DNA of 60,300 bases, counting the filler, from Globobulimina sp. (lineage: Eukaryota): NCBI GenBank assembly GCA_003354225.1. It is 14 parts of 14 records of this genome, joined end to end, with 100 filler letters (N's around TTAATTAATTAA, not from the genome) between each part and the next. Parts side by side here need not be neighbours in the genome. Positions count along the whole stretch, not along the records: positions 47,466 to 51,678 come from PIVH01001467.1; positions 51,779 to 55,989 come from PIVH01001468.1; positions 56,090 to 60,300 come from PIVH01001469.1; 11 more parts are not named here. One strand, given 5' to 3'. Positions 48,404 to 60,300 of the stretch are shown piece after piece. The notes under the pieces were generated by a model that saw only the letters and a program-made list of their open reading frames with translations, was not told where the DNA came from and did not search any database. The position numbers and the translations under genes are program-made. The first letter of the stretch is position 1; each line of letters begins with the position of its first letter.

Positions 48404-48674
48404 GAGTAATTTGGTGGATTTTAAATATGCCTGGTTTTAAATATTGGCTTATTCATCAAATGATAAAATTACTTTTGTATTACCATTTTTTTTTAAACAT
48501 ATTGATTTTATCTGTATTACGCTTATTTATTGTTTGAGTGAATTGTGTTTGCGGAGTTTGTATTAATTGTGTTGTTGTACGTGTTTGCGGATTTTGAGCA
48601 AACATTTGTTTTTTTAAAATCGTTTTACTACAGAAAATGGATGAATTGCATAAGTATTACAATATAAAATTGCA

Positions 48675-49769
48675 TTATAAATCAAACACTTTGGCAAATG
48701 GTTGTATATTTCCATTAGGATTATGCAACTGATTTGAATTATGATCATCCAAAATAGCAAATACAATTTTTTTAAATCTATTTCTAAATTCGTTTTCAAG
48801 AATCACTGTTTTAAATAGTTGGGCAATATCTTGTGGTTTATTGCCAAAATCGCCACAGCCCCACGCTGTTAATACAAAACAATCGTGTTTCGCATACAAC
48901 GCCACCCGAAATATACTTCTTATCTTTTCACAAATAATATTATGCATTTTATCCACATTATTTTTATTATATTTCGGATTCCTTATCATCGCCGCAATGA
49001 TAAATGTAACCTCAAATGGACATTGCAACAATTGATATCCATTCATTTCATTGCCTCTAAATACCACAATATGCGGTGAATAAATACATCCATATTTGGG
49101 GATTGGGTATAAATTACCGTTTGTGTTTCGATTTAACGGCACACTAAAAGATGTCCTACGAAATAGATTCTCTTCTTGGGCGCCGGCACCATCTGACCAC
49201 CCACCACCGGCATGTCTGGAGCCACCACAATTTAATATTATTGGATTGTAACCATTTGCAAGCAATTCCTGTCCAGCATCAATGCAATCCATGTTTACCA
49301 CTTGTACTGTTGTTTTGTTTCGAATTGGTTGGAAATGATTTAATTTCCGAGTATCTTTGAAACATTTTGTATATTTTATTGATTTTTGAAATGTGTTGTG
49401 TTGATTTAAAGGAATTGTTTTGTTATTGAGTGTGTAATATTGTTTTGTAAGGATGTCTGAGGTTTGATGGTAAATTAATTTTCGGAGTCGTTTAAAATAT
49501 ATCCAATGGTTATGTCTTTGCGATGGATTATTTTTAACCACATTTGTATAGTGTTTAAATGCTTTACTCCATAGTTTATGATTGTGTTTATATTTTGTAA
49601 TTAATAATTTTCGAACAGACCAAATATGAATATTAAAATATAATTGTTCTTCAGACAACAGATTAATATCAAGACGATCTTTTTCATCTGTTTGCTTTAA
49701 CTCAGCTTCATCGTTGACATTCAAATCATTTTCATGGTCAATGAATAATATCTTATCTGTCGAAACCAT
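48675..49769 (-). CDS. TIGR02452/DUF2263 bacterial-type PARG-like protein
   Basis: LN.G...AGGGW..GAGAQEENLFRRT, IYSP...VFR, VL.AWGCG.FGN, F..IVFAI.DD. Confidence 0.9.
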   Translation of the reverse strand: MVSTDKILFIDHENDLNVNDEAELKQTDEKDRLDINLLSEEQLYFNIHIWSVRKLLITKYKHNHKLWSKAFKHYTNVVKNNPSQRHNHWIYFKRLRKLIYHQTSDILTKQYYTLNNKTIPLNQHNTFQKSIKYTKCFKDTRKLNHFQPIRNKTTVQVVNMDCIDAGQELLANGYNPIILNCGGSRHAGGGWSDGAGAQEENLFRRTSFSVPLNRNTNGNLYPIPKYGCIYSPHIVVFRGNEMNGYQLLQCPFEVTFIIAAMIRNPKYNKNNVDKMHNIICEKIRSIFRVALYAKHDCFVLTAWGCGDFGNKPQDIAQLFKTVILENEFRNRFKKIVFAILDDHNSNQLHNPNGNIQPFAKVFDL

Positions 49770-50029
49770 GGTTGAACTTAATTCAGTTAATTGTGCAGCT
49801 ATTATTAATGTGAAAAACAGCGAAAACTACATTTTGATTATACCATGCGTCACAACTGATGAATCCGATATATTTCGATCATCAAATTAAATGTCATCGA
49901 ACTTATACTTTAATTGCGAACTTATTAAATTATGAGTTACATAATGTATGTACACAGTAACCATGATTGAAAATGCAGATTGCTTTCAGACATTCATACT
50001 CTAATCATTTACGAAAACGAAAGAAGAGC

Positions 50030-51322
50030 ATGGCATCAATTGCAGGGTATTTAAAACAAAAAGGCGATGGCAAATTGATGACATCCTGGAACACTAGATA
50101 TTGCATTTTAGAGACAGATGGAAACGATAATAAGTTATGGATTTATAAGAATCAACAAGATCACTCTCAGAAACTGAAACCTATCGAAATAATATATATC
50201 AAGCACTTTGAACCAAATTCAATCAAAATAAATTGCCAAAATCTGAAACAATTCACATTTTGGATACAAAACGACAAACGTTCGCAGAATTTCGTGTTTG
50301 AAGCATCGTCGGAATTACAATGTACGACATGGTGCGACAAATTAGAGGAAATCGGGAAACTAAACAACAGAAAACGGAAATCGATAACCGCAATGCGTAA
50401 AATTGCAGTTTTAAACAAGAGATCAGCTCAAGTTAAGATATCGTCATTGACAGCAGACAGAGATTTATATCTTGGATGGTGCCAATCAGAATTATCTCGG
50501 AAAAAATTCCAATCGCGATATTTTGTATTGACATCCATTGATTTGAGATATTGGAAAAACAACAAAGAATACAATGCAAACAAACCACCGAAAGTATGCA
50601 TACCATTAAATTTAATCTGTAATATTCACCAAACGGATGCAAATACGTTGCAAATTTCTGTTCAATTTGAGGATGAAAATAATGATTTTAAATTAAGGTT
50701 GTTTGAACTTCACAGCAAAGATCAAGTGGATATTGCAAGTTTTGCCAATGGATTGGCAAAGTCCAATTGGAGGAGACAAGAATTGCATGAAAAACAAACA
50801 AAATGTCGCGGCGCAAGCCGTCAAAGTTTAATCCGTCGAGTGTCAAGTCCCAAAATCTTTTCTTCGAACGAAAACTCAAAACCAAGTACTTCCTTATTAT
50901 TAGAACAACAAACAACGTTTTTTAGAATGAATGCGCCTACAATTGACGAGTGTGATGACACTGATGAATACGGAGAAGGTCAAAGTGAAAGCGAGCAGTC
51001 GTATTCACAATTAAAAACATTGTGGAGTAATGATGTCGTAGAAACCAGAGCAAGTATGAGTATTATGAAAACACTCGACAATATTACGGAGAAAAAGAAA
51101 GACAGAAATGTTGAGTTTAGCTCAAAAACTAGAATAATACAAGATTATGATACTATAGAGAACGATGATTCTGATGATGAATTTTCATCCGTTGATGATG
51201 AATCGTCGGACTACCAAAGCAGTGAAAGCACACAACTCTCACTGTGTGATATATTGTATCAATGTGCGCTAAAATGCTGTAAATTCACCGCTCGTTACAG
51301 ATACAGCGTTCAATTGGATTAA
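50030..51322 (+). CDS. Tandem PH-domain protein
   Basis: GYLKQKG....SWNTRYCIL...F.FEA.S....W and a second PH-like unit (GW...KKFQSRYFVL....LRYW). Confidence 0.8.
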   Translation: MASIAGYLKQKGDGKLMTSWNTRYCILETDGNDNKLWIYKNQQDHSQKLKPIEIIYIKHFEPNSIKINCQNLKQFTFWIQNDKRSQNFVFEASSELQCTTWCDKLEEIGKLNNRKRKSITAMRKIAVLNKRSAQVKISSLTADRDLYLGWCQSELSRKKFQSRYFVLTSIDLRYWKNNKEYNANKPPKVCIPLNLICNIHQTDANTLQISVQFEDENNDFKLRLFELHSKDQVDIASFANGLAKSNWRRQELHEKQTKCRGASRQSLIRRVSSPKIFSSNENSKPSTSLLLEQQTTFFRMNAPTIDECDDTDEYGEGQSESEQSYSQLKTLWSNDVVETRASMSIMKTLDNITEKKKDRNVEFSSKTRIIQDYDTIENDDSDDEFSSVDDESSDYQSSESTQLSLCDILYQCALKCCKFTARYRYSVQLD

Positions 51323-52211
51323 TTATTGCTAAAAATAAACATTATTTGTGTCAATTATGCAAATGCACAAACCTCATAACTATGTTTCCATAAATAGTCG
51401 TTCATCTCCTGGCCTTTTGTGTATATATACCATAATTAGTAAACCTAGGCTCAATAACAAGCCACGATCATATACTTAACAATATTAAGAGAAATTGCAG
51501 CTCTTTCTATATTTAGATATTATATTTTTTGCATGTGAGAAAGTATGTGTGGTGTGGTTACCGCAGCCTTGCTTTCGAGTATTTTTCTCTTGTTCACATG
51601 CATGGATGCAGCTGATAGCTCTTTCAAATAGAATCAAATGGCAATTATGATCAGCAATTATGACAATTATTATACCAANNNNNNNNNNNNNNNNNNNNNN
51701 NNNNNNNNNNNNNNNNNNNNNNTTAATTAATTAANNNNNNNNNNNNNNNNNNNNNNNNNNNNNNNNNNNNNNNNNNNNAGTGCTCAAAACTTAGTTCAAA
51801 ACATCAAGTTCTCAAAGCACCAGTGCGATCATCATGGTTCATTTTTGTGGTTTCAACCACACATCAACAGTATGCATCAGAGACTTCTGGTTCAGTGACT
51901 TCAGTTTGATGTGCCATTGTGTCAACTTAGCTTAAAAACAGAGTAAATAAATCTTTTTGTATTTGTTAATTCGCGACTTGGTTGCAAACCAAAATGGCAA
52001 ATGTATCGACATTCAATCAGCTGAAAAAAATAATGAATAATTATTGAGTGACTCAGGTAGGAGTTAGACCTACATCCATGTGAGTTGTATCCACAACCTT
52101 TCATTTATAAGTCAACATTTATGGGTTGATAAAGAGTGAGTGATTAAATTTAGTTTGCTTTGCAAATCTAAACTAACGTTTCTGATTCGAAATGTTAATT
52201 CAAAGAGAATT

Positions 52212-52266
52212 GGGGGTGGAACAGCCGGAGCTGCAGACACATGCTCTATTATTGAGCTACTGAGCC
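52212..52266 (-). repeat. tRNA-derived repeat, copy 1
   Basis: Minus strand reads GGCTCAGTAGCTCAATAATAGAGC (acceptor 5' strand plus D-arm) then CTGCA. No matching 3' acceptor strand. Confidence 0.55.
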
Positions 52267-52511
52267 GATGTTATCATTTTGTTGTTGTTGTTTTGTAGAA
52301 ATCTCAGTATTGTATTTAAAGAATTCAAATATTAATTAAACTTAATTATGGGACAAACTCGATGATGTAAGATGTATATGTCATTTTACTTAGGATCCAG
52401 AGGATAAACTGTCATTTAATTATTTTTTTTCAAGAGGTAACGCCAAAGAGTGAGATGAATTTAATTAATAACTTATATTCACAAATATTACATTAAAGAA
52501 AGACAATACAT

Positions 52512-54026
52512 TTAAGTATGCTGCAGTTTTTGTGGTTGAAGTCCACCGCATGTATTGAATGCTCCGTAACACTTATCAAGTACACATTGCTCACATTTAT
52601 CCACCTGCCCTGACACACACACTTTAAAACACACACGAATGACACACATACCCCCTGCTGCTTCACAGGCCGCACAGCCCGCACTTAAATGCCAGTCCTT
52701 TTGGAATTTGCTCGCCATACATGTTTCAATATTCCTCGATAGTTGACATTTAAAGTATTCTTCGCTTGGTGCTAACTCAGGAATTTCCTTCAGTATTTTC
52801 AAATCTTTATAGTTTCCACATTCCTCAGTTTCTGTAGTTAAGACAGTCACTAAGTCACTCCATTCCGCTGCGCCATACTTATTCACTGCCCTTATCCTGA
52901 GTCGATACGGCGAGCCAGGCGTTAATGGCTGTAATTGTGCATAGAGTGACAATCCATCATTGGGTATTTCTACACTGTGCAATGCCTCATCCTTCATCCA
53001 ATCGTCTCTCTGCAACTCATACGATAATATTGGCGCATCACTCTCATGCAAAGGAGCGAGCCATTTTACGTCAATCTCATACGGAGATATCACCACAGAT
53101 ATTGCCGAGTCCTTCATTTTAGACGGAACATTTCGAAGTTTGCACATATAATATTCAACAGAATCGATTTCTGGAATAAAGCAGGCTGTCATTGCGGATA
53201 AAGCCGAAGTTCCCACATAATTTGTTGCAGTAACACCCAGCTCATAAATTTGATTTTTTTCAGCTGTCCCTATTTTTCCAGTGCAATTTAGCAACTTTTC
53301 AGCGGATGTGATATTACAAAAGGATTCAACCTCTGCTCCATGCAATGATCGATAAAATACTGAATACAAATCAGTGACAGCTCCACCATCTGAATATTTG
53401 CTAAATGCGACGGTAACATTAATTGTGTTGTCATCGCCATTTTTTTCAATATTAATTATAAACGGAGCAGATGGCGGTAATGGTAATATTGCTGCCTTTG
53501 TAGAGACATTATATATTTCACTCCAACTCGACGTAAAAAAGGCATTGGATGAATTAATTCTGAATTGGTACGCTGTCGAAGCTGTTAATTCTGTAATGTT
53601 GTCGTGTAATAATAAGCCTTTGTCTGTCATCAAAATATCAGTCCAATTCGCGTCGAGAGCATTATTTAATTTGTACTGCAATGAATATGACTGAATGAAT
53701 GAGCCGCCGCTTGATTGCGGTGCCTTCCATTCCAAATAAATGTAATCTGAGCCCCTCGACGAGTTTGCAAATGCGATGCTTGATGGCGCTGTAATGATAT
53801 CCTTGTGGTTTGAGCTGGAATTGACTGAGAATGCTAATATTAACAAAAAGGCAGTGCTGAAGATAATGGCTAAAAGTAAACCACTTCCAAAACAACAACA
53901 ATCGCGACTTGATTTACAATACGCATTTTTATACATTTTCTTATTACTTTCACTTTGTTGACTTTCTTCTTTATTTGCAATTAGACTTCGTTTTGATTCG
54001 TCGCTGACAATCTTTTTTGAATGCAT
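52512..54026 (-). CDS. Type II membrane protein with fibronectin type III repeats and a C-terminal Cys-rich domain
   Basis: N-terminal TM, about three FN3 units (W.AP...GG..I.SY...Y.FRI; Y.LRIRAVN.YG...WS) and a CxxC-rich tail. Confidence 0.85.
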   Translation of the reverse strand: MHSKKIVSDESKRSLIANKEESQQSESNKKMYKNAYCKSSRDCCCFGSGLLLAIIFSTAFLLILAFSVNSSSNHKDIITAPSSIAFANSSRGSDYIYLEWKAPQSSGGSFIQSYSLQYKLNNALDANWTDILMTDKGLLLHDNITELTASTAYQFRINSSNAFFTSSWSEIYNVSTKAAILPLPPSAPFIINIEKNGDDNTINVTVAFSKYSDGGAVTDLYSVFYRSLHGAEVESFCNITSAEKLLNCTGKIGTAEKNQIYELGVTATNYVGTSALSAMTACFIPEIDSVEYYMCKLRNVPSKMKDSAISVVISPYEIDVKWLAPLHESDAPILSYELQRDDWMKDEALHSVEIPNDGLSLYAQLQPLTPGSPYRLRIRAVNKYGAAEWSDLVTVLTTETEECGNYKDLKILKEIPELAPSEEYFKCQLSRNIETCMASKFQKDWHLSAGCAACEAAGGMCVIRVCFKVCVSGQVDKCEQCVLDKCYGAFNTCGGLQPQKLQHT

Positions 54027-54249
54027 CGCGATTCAGAGTCTAAAATTAGAAAATTAGCTGAGATCATAATCGAATACGCCGAATACTAAGAAGCTGCATT
54101 GTTAGATTTGCATTTTTGAGCCAATCAGATGATTTGCTGAAATCTTCATTATTTTTGTGTGGTGATGCGAAAAAAAGAAAAACTTTGTGTTGACGAACTG
54201 TTTTAAAGTTTGCAAATAGTTTTGCCACGTTGAGAGAAGGTTGGTTGTT

Positions 54250-54303
54250 GGGGGGACACAGCCGAAGTTGCAGACACGCTCTATCAAATTGAGCTACTGA
54301 GTC
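54250..54303 (-). repeat. tRNA-derived repeat, copy 2
   Basis: Minus strand reads GACTCAGTAGCTCAATTTGATAGAGCGTGTCTGCAACTTCGGCTGT, homologous to 52212-52266. Confidence 0.55.
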
Positions 54304-54458
54304 TTAATTTTGCTTATTTCTGTTCTTTTGTGGTGCATAGCATATTATTTGATAAGGTATATGTATTGCTATTGAATTGCACAAAAATATTTATGGTAAA
54401 AAGTAAAAATATTTTCGTTGCTGGCAAAACTTTCTTTCATTTTAGTGAAAAATAAAAG

Positions 54459-55426
54459 ATGGGTTTTGTGTCTTTCGTATATTACACATTGTTTGCTCTC
54501 CGACTCAGAGTGCTTGAAAGCTATCCAGGAGAGGTATTGTATGGTTGTTCCATCAATTCAGTTAAAAATGATGATTTAGAATGGAGTGGCAAATTGCATT
54601 TAACATTTGATGATGGACCGAATTTGGTGGCAACACCGATTGTTTTGGACTTATTGAAACAGTATAATATCACAGCAACGTTTTTCATAGTAACTGCTAA
54701 TGTAAATAGTGAGACCATACCTATTGTCCGCCGGATGATAAATGAAGGACATTCTGTTGGCTCTCATTCGCAAAGTCATGCAAATCTCATGTTTGCCAAT
54801 CTGACCACAGTAAAATCTGAAATCGATACTGCGACGGAAAAAATACGCTCAGTGACTGGATATACTCCAAAACTGTTCAGGCCACCATTTGGGGCGTTGG
54901 ATAATCGCGGACTGCAATACTTAAAATCGAAGGGATACACAGTTGTACAATGGGCGGGAGGCTGTAATGATTGGTATTTAATGTCTGACGACGTATTGCA
55001 AAATCATATGACAAACATAAATGTTTCTGTGAATGCATTTAAGTTTTCAATGCCATCAAGCGGCGCTGTTATATGTATGCATGACAGTGCTGAGGCAAAA
55101 AACAATGGATCTTTTTTGAAGGGTTCATTGAGGCTACTTATTTATTTTGGGAATATGTCGATTTGTTGGAATGTTTAGATAGACAAAATATAGATGATAT
55201 TCCGGATTATATTTTGGATGAATGTAATAATTATAATGACAGTTATAATGGCCTGGTAATCAATGATTTGGCATTGGATTTGCTTGTTATTTGTGCTGTG
55301 ATCGTAGTGTTTAGTGCTGGTTGCTTTATTGTTGGATGTTATGTCCAGAAACAAAAAATCAAGCATGAAATGAATGTATTAAATAAAGAGCCGTTATTAA
55401 ATAATGAATTCGAATTTATTAACTAA
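54459..55426 (+). CDS. Polysaccharide deacetylase (CE4/NodB), membrane-anchored, with intron
   Basis: LTFDDGP, ATFF, HSQSH, FRPPFG, MHD. The downstream exon carries a TM helix. Confidence 0.9.
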
Positions 55427-55660
55427 AGGCTAATTCAGACCAAAAACGAAAATGTGCAACTATTTAGTTAGTATTTAGGAAACCTAGGCTCACAAACTAT
55501 ATCTAAAACTAACATCAAAATACTTAACATCTACTCCTTATCTTAATGATTTGTAACTGCGACACAGCTGCCGCCACTTTAGAACCAGCATCTCGCAAAA
55601 ACGCAATCTATACCGCCGACATATCCAAACAAATCGAAGCGTCAACCTATTGCATCAACC

Positions 55661-55989
55661 ATGGACAGTAATGCTGTTTTATTGCTTCAACAATTAGAAA
55701 TTATAAAAACCAAAATGGAAAACAGCAAACATAAAACTAATAAATTAAACCAGAAAATATCGTCATTACAATTGCAAAAAAAAAGCAATCCAAATGATAA
55801 GAAATTAAAATTGCATCAGCAAAAAATAAATGAAAATCATTTAATATACGAAAAATTAGAGAGGAAATATACAGAAATAAATCAAATATACATCAACAAA
55901 ATAGTGGAGGAAGAAGGTGATGAAACGCATGGTGAACCACAGCAAAATGGACAAATATTGACAGGAATACTAAACACAATCTCATCCGA
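55661..55989 (+). CDS. Coiled-coil hypothetical protein, truncated
   Basis: K/Q/E-rich ORF running to the contig edge. Confidence 0.4.
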
Positions 55990-56089
55990 NNNNNNNNNNN
56001 NNNNNNNNNNNNNNNNNNNNNNNNNNNNNNNNNTTAATTAATTAANNNNNNNNNNNNNNNNNNNNNNNNNNNNNNNNNNNNNNNNNNNN

Positions 56090-56431
56090 AATTATATAAT
56101 TATATGATTGTATGTATCTGTTTTAGTTCCAATCGCTGTGATAATCGGATCAATCCCGTTTTTAATATCAATGTTTATTCCATTATTTTTAGGGCAAGGT
56201 ATGGGCACAGCATTAGCAATTACGATAGCAGCAACAGGTGGAATGGTTATGAAAGTACAAAAAGTGTGTTGTTGTGACCTTTTTTATCAAAAATGTAAAA
56301 AAAATACGACTGTTATGAGTACGTTTGCTAATTCTTCAGAACTTGAAGTACCATCTGGATCAGATTCAGATGATGATTCATTAGAATATGATGAAACAAA
56401 TCGAATTGATCAGCAATTAACCGCTTATTAA
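56090..56431 (+). CDS. C-terminal fragment of a membrane protein
   Basis: Two hydrophobic segments and an acidic tail. Confidence 0.45.
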
Positions 56432-56754
56432 CGGACATTGATGAAAGTAATTTATTTTTTATTCTCAATATAACATGCACAATATTCCAAATCTCCGATT
56501 AATTTGTAATTTTGTATTTTGCATTCTTTTGTGAAAAATCTGTGCATCATAATATGTTAAAGCGCTGTCTAGGATCAGTAGGATGTGAGCACATTCAAGT
56601 GATTCAATACAAGGACCGTTGCACAAAAATATAAATCCGATCATCACAAGAAAAATCTGTCTGTTGCACACTCAGGGAATTATAAATTAATGGATATGCA
56701 AAAAAACATAAATTTTTTATTTCTGAAAAGTTTTTACTGTTTTTGTCAGAGCAA

Positions 56755-59700
56755 AATGTCCTCTGTAGATACTGATTTGAATCCATTACGTTCAAACTCA
56801 TCACATCATGAAGAAATGAAATATGACTCCGTATCATCTGCACCTTTGAGCAATTCCATTCATCCACAAAACGATGTGAGTAAAGTAGACAATGACGACA
56901 GCGGCGCATATAATAAATCAACAGCCAGAATTCGTAGTATTCCAGAAATTAAATCTTACCTTGAACATTTTATTCCGGAACTATCATTTACTGCAACTAT
57001 TCAATGTTTTTTCTTAAAACCAATATCAATATTTGCCAATATATACTTTATTATATATCAATTCTATTATATTTTATTCACAGATTCAGTGGTTCACGAG
57101 TCAGTGTATCACAATGATGTTTTAGAAATTTGTAAAACAATTGTTGTGTTAATAGAATTCTGCGGATTGATATTTTTATTTTTATGCATAATTGTCACAT
57201 ATTTTAAATCACGTTATGCGGAGTCAATTGATTGTGTCAGAGCTTGTGGGTCGTGGTCAACATTTCAATTATTTTATAAATTCCAGCCATTATCACTTAT
57301 ATCATATTTATCCACAATTTTAAAACATCATGAAAACAGATTAGAAGACAATACTTCAAAACTTGAGCGTTGGGGAAACTTAAAAAATGATTTAAATTAT
57401 GAAATGAAAGAAAATTGCAATTTATTTGGTATTGATAATGACAAAATCAACGAAGCTATAAAACATTTGGATTTTTTAATAGAACATGAGAATAAAGCTT
57501 CAGATTCAACGGAGTTGCTTGAAAAACTGGAAAAGAATAAATTTAGTGAAAGGCAGAGTGTATTCCGACATCATACGTCTGTGGATTCCACCGTGGCTGC
57601 ATTAAAAAAATGGACTCCTAATGATTACCACGCATTCTTTGAACGCATGATTCATTTAAGCAGCTGGTTTATATATATCATGTTATTAATTGTATTGTTA
57701 ATAGTTGGTTTAATGTCATTTTTATTGAAATTATCAATGTTTGGATTTATTTCTTCAAAACCAATAAATGAATGGGATCCAATCTCACAATTTGTGCCAT
57801 TTTTACTATTTTGTAACCAGGTTTGGAACGTAGTAAATGTCGATGGTATTCGTGTTGAATGTATATATCGATTCTTATTCATTGATTCAACCGTTAGTAA
57901 CAACAGATATGTTTCTCAAAGAATGGCAATCTTAGATTCTGTCATAAAAATTGGTTTATGGAAAGGATTCGGTTATCGTGGCTTTTTAGGTAATATAATT
58001 AATATTGCAATTGTTCTCATAGCAAGAAATTTGGCAAACAATTATTCACTTTTCAATGCCTGATTTCTGTCTATGAGACAATTAAATACATTCAGTCGCA
58101 GTTTCTCTAAATGCTGAAATCGCACAAAAAATTATTGTAAAAAAATCAACTCAGTTATCAACATTGCAACTGATTCAATATAAAGCTACATTGCTGGAGA
58201 GACAAACAACTGACAGTAATTCTCATTTTTGGCTCAGTTTAAAAAAACAAGAAAATGTTCAACAGCTAGCGACATTTCATTTGAATGATTCAATTGATAG
58301 CGATGATACACTCCTTTCAAAGGATGATGATGATGATAATGATCATGATGAAAAGGAACAAATTGATGAAAATTGGGATCGTTGGGATAAAATAAAACAT
58401 AAATTATTGCAATACGCAGATTGGTTAACAATGAGTCATAAAAGGCAACCAAATCATCCATATACTTGTGTTAGAACAGAGCTTGATGATTATTATAATT
58501 CTTTAGATTCAATGTCGCGCAAAATATTTGAGAAAGTACGTTCGAGTCCAATTAAATCAATTAATTTTGCAACTGTTTATAATAAATATAAATTAGCTGT
58601 CAAATCAATTAAAGATGAAGAAATTATTAATGATGATGATGATAAGAGCACGATTACAGTATATAATCCAACAGATAATGCAGATTGGACAATGGTACGA
58701 GTTAGCAGATCTATTTCAAAATTAATTATCAGAAACAAAAGTAAAAGTAAAAGTGGAACAAGCATAGAAATGGATTCTTTTCATAACATGGACGACAACA
58801 AAAATGCAAGAAAATATTATAAAATCTATGAAAACACATTAGTGCATAAAATTGTATTATTTGAATGGTTGGAACGTTCCGTTTCTTTTTTTGCACCATT
58901 TGTAATGGCTTTATTTGCATTTATTGCTTTAATAGCAACGGTAACCTCAATTATCATATATCCAAATGGTATTTTGGAAGGAATGGAGCATGGCTGTCTT
59001 GACAGCGAAGTTGATGTAATTATACAAATGAGACAGCTTAATATGGCATTTATGATATGTTGTTTGTTGGGAGTCATTTATTTGGCGATATTTGCGTATT
59101 TAACAAGAATTCAAGCAAACGGTGAAATGCCGAGTATAACAAATTGTTTTAAAATTGGATCAGATCCACAGTTTTTACGCATTTCCAGCATTATGGGTCT
59201 GTTAATGTGGATAGTTTTGGCTGTTTTATGTTGGATTAGATTTGTTGACTTTATGCGATTGCAATATATGTGTCAACAACATATTATTTATCATCAAACT
59301 GTTTTATTTGTATCAATAATTGGAATGTTTGTATTTGCAATGTTTATGACCATAATCACGTGGATTACCTTACTTTCATATGTATGGTTAGCATTGATTG
59401 TATTTTTTATGGCAACACATTTGTTTTTGTTATATTTTTTTTATGTCTTTGGTTGGAATTTTGCTGTTCATTCAATCACAGAATTTATTTTATTATGTAA
59501 TACTGATATTATTGAACATCATGAGTTTGCAGATCATTGTCTGACTCGATTTATTTTTGTTGCCATTATATTTTCTGCATTTTGTATATATTTTATTGTT
59601 GGGTTAACGGAATTATATTATTTATATTTTAGTATGACAACAAGTCAGAAAGGATCAAATAAGAAAAAGATATATGATGAATCAAGTCCAATCTTGGATG

Positions 59701-60188
59701 AATCTGAACCATCATCAAAACCATATTGTGTTCCATTGAAACATGCTGCACCAACTGCAAATTCATTGAAATGTAATAAATATACAAATAAATTGAAATG
59801 GAGCCGAAGGGTTCGAATTGTAGTTGTTTCAGCTCTGTATTTATGCGCAGTGGTTCATTACATAATTACTGATATTATTGATGAGATAACAGGAGATATA
59901 ACAGATATATGCCAAAACAGTCACTTTGCAATTATAGATGGAGCCACATATTATAGTAAGAAAATGGAACATTTGTTTATTTTTGTGATGTTCCTAGATT
60001 TAATTTTATTTGGCAAATTGTTTAAATCATGGAAGATTATCATGGATCCGGTTTTTTGGTTAACCAGATACATTTATCATAAAACACAGAAAACAATTTA
60101 TTGTTTGCTAGCCTTGGTAATGACTATAACTGTACTTTCTGTACTAAGTGTATTATTCATGAAACATGATTTGGATGTGTTGAATTGA
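56755..60188 (+). CDS. Large multi-pass membrane hypothetical protein (ORFs 56690-58063 and 58164-60188, possibly one spliced gene)
   Basis: Two long co-oriented ORFs with many TM segments and a possible donor (G|GTAAT) near 57990. No family recognised. Confidence 0.55.
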
Positions 60189-60300
60189 TTTGATTCAAAA
60201 TAGAGCCTAGGTGCCCTAAATAGTTCATAGTTGCCCATTTTCGATGATCCGCCGGTTACCTATCCGATTCTATAGGAACAGACGGAACGGATTGAGACTT

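Overview
This window is not one locus. It is 14 unrelated, length-sorted assembly contigs (4,218 down to 4,211 bp) joined by an artificial 100-nt N44-TTAATTAATTAA-N44 linker, so ORFs that run into N's are truncated. Almost all of it is AT-rich, compact eukaryotic (protist) DNA with short GT-AG introns. The gene content and lineage-type motifs suggest a rhizarian or foraminiferan-like host, but that is inference. Recognisable genes include two non-LTR retrotransposon RT-RNase H elements (one long open ORF, one broken by a foldback-like insert), a Piwi/Argonaute N-terminus, kinesin, an atypical Rho/Rac GTPase, a BTB protein, two TIGR02452 (bacterial-type PARG) proteins, a glutamine-synthetase-like pseudogene fused to an isoprenoid-synthase-like domain, a glyoxalase-like protein, choline/ethanolamine kinase, a pentameric ligand-gated channel, UNC-93 and sugar MFS transporters, vWA, tandem-PH, FN3 and polysaccharide deacetylase genes, and a GC-rich bacterial LysR fragment. 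The most notable observations are: two contigs that close into ~4.1-kb circles with gene-breaking junctions; a modular foldback element inside an RT; a Rac-like GTPase with natural G12D/Q61K-equivalent changes plus an inserted module; and tRNA-derived repeats flanking a gene.
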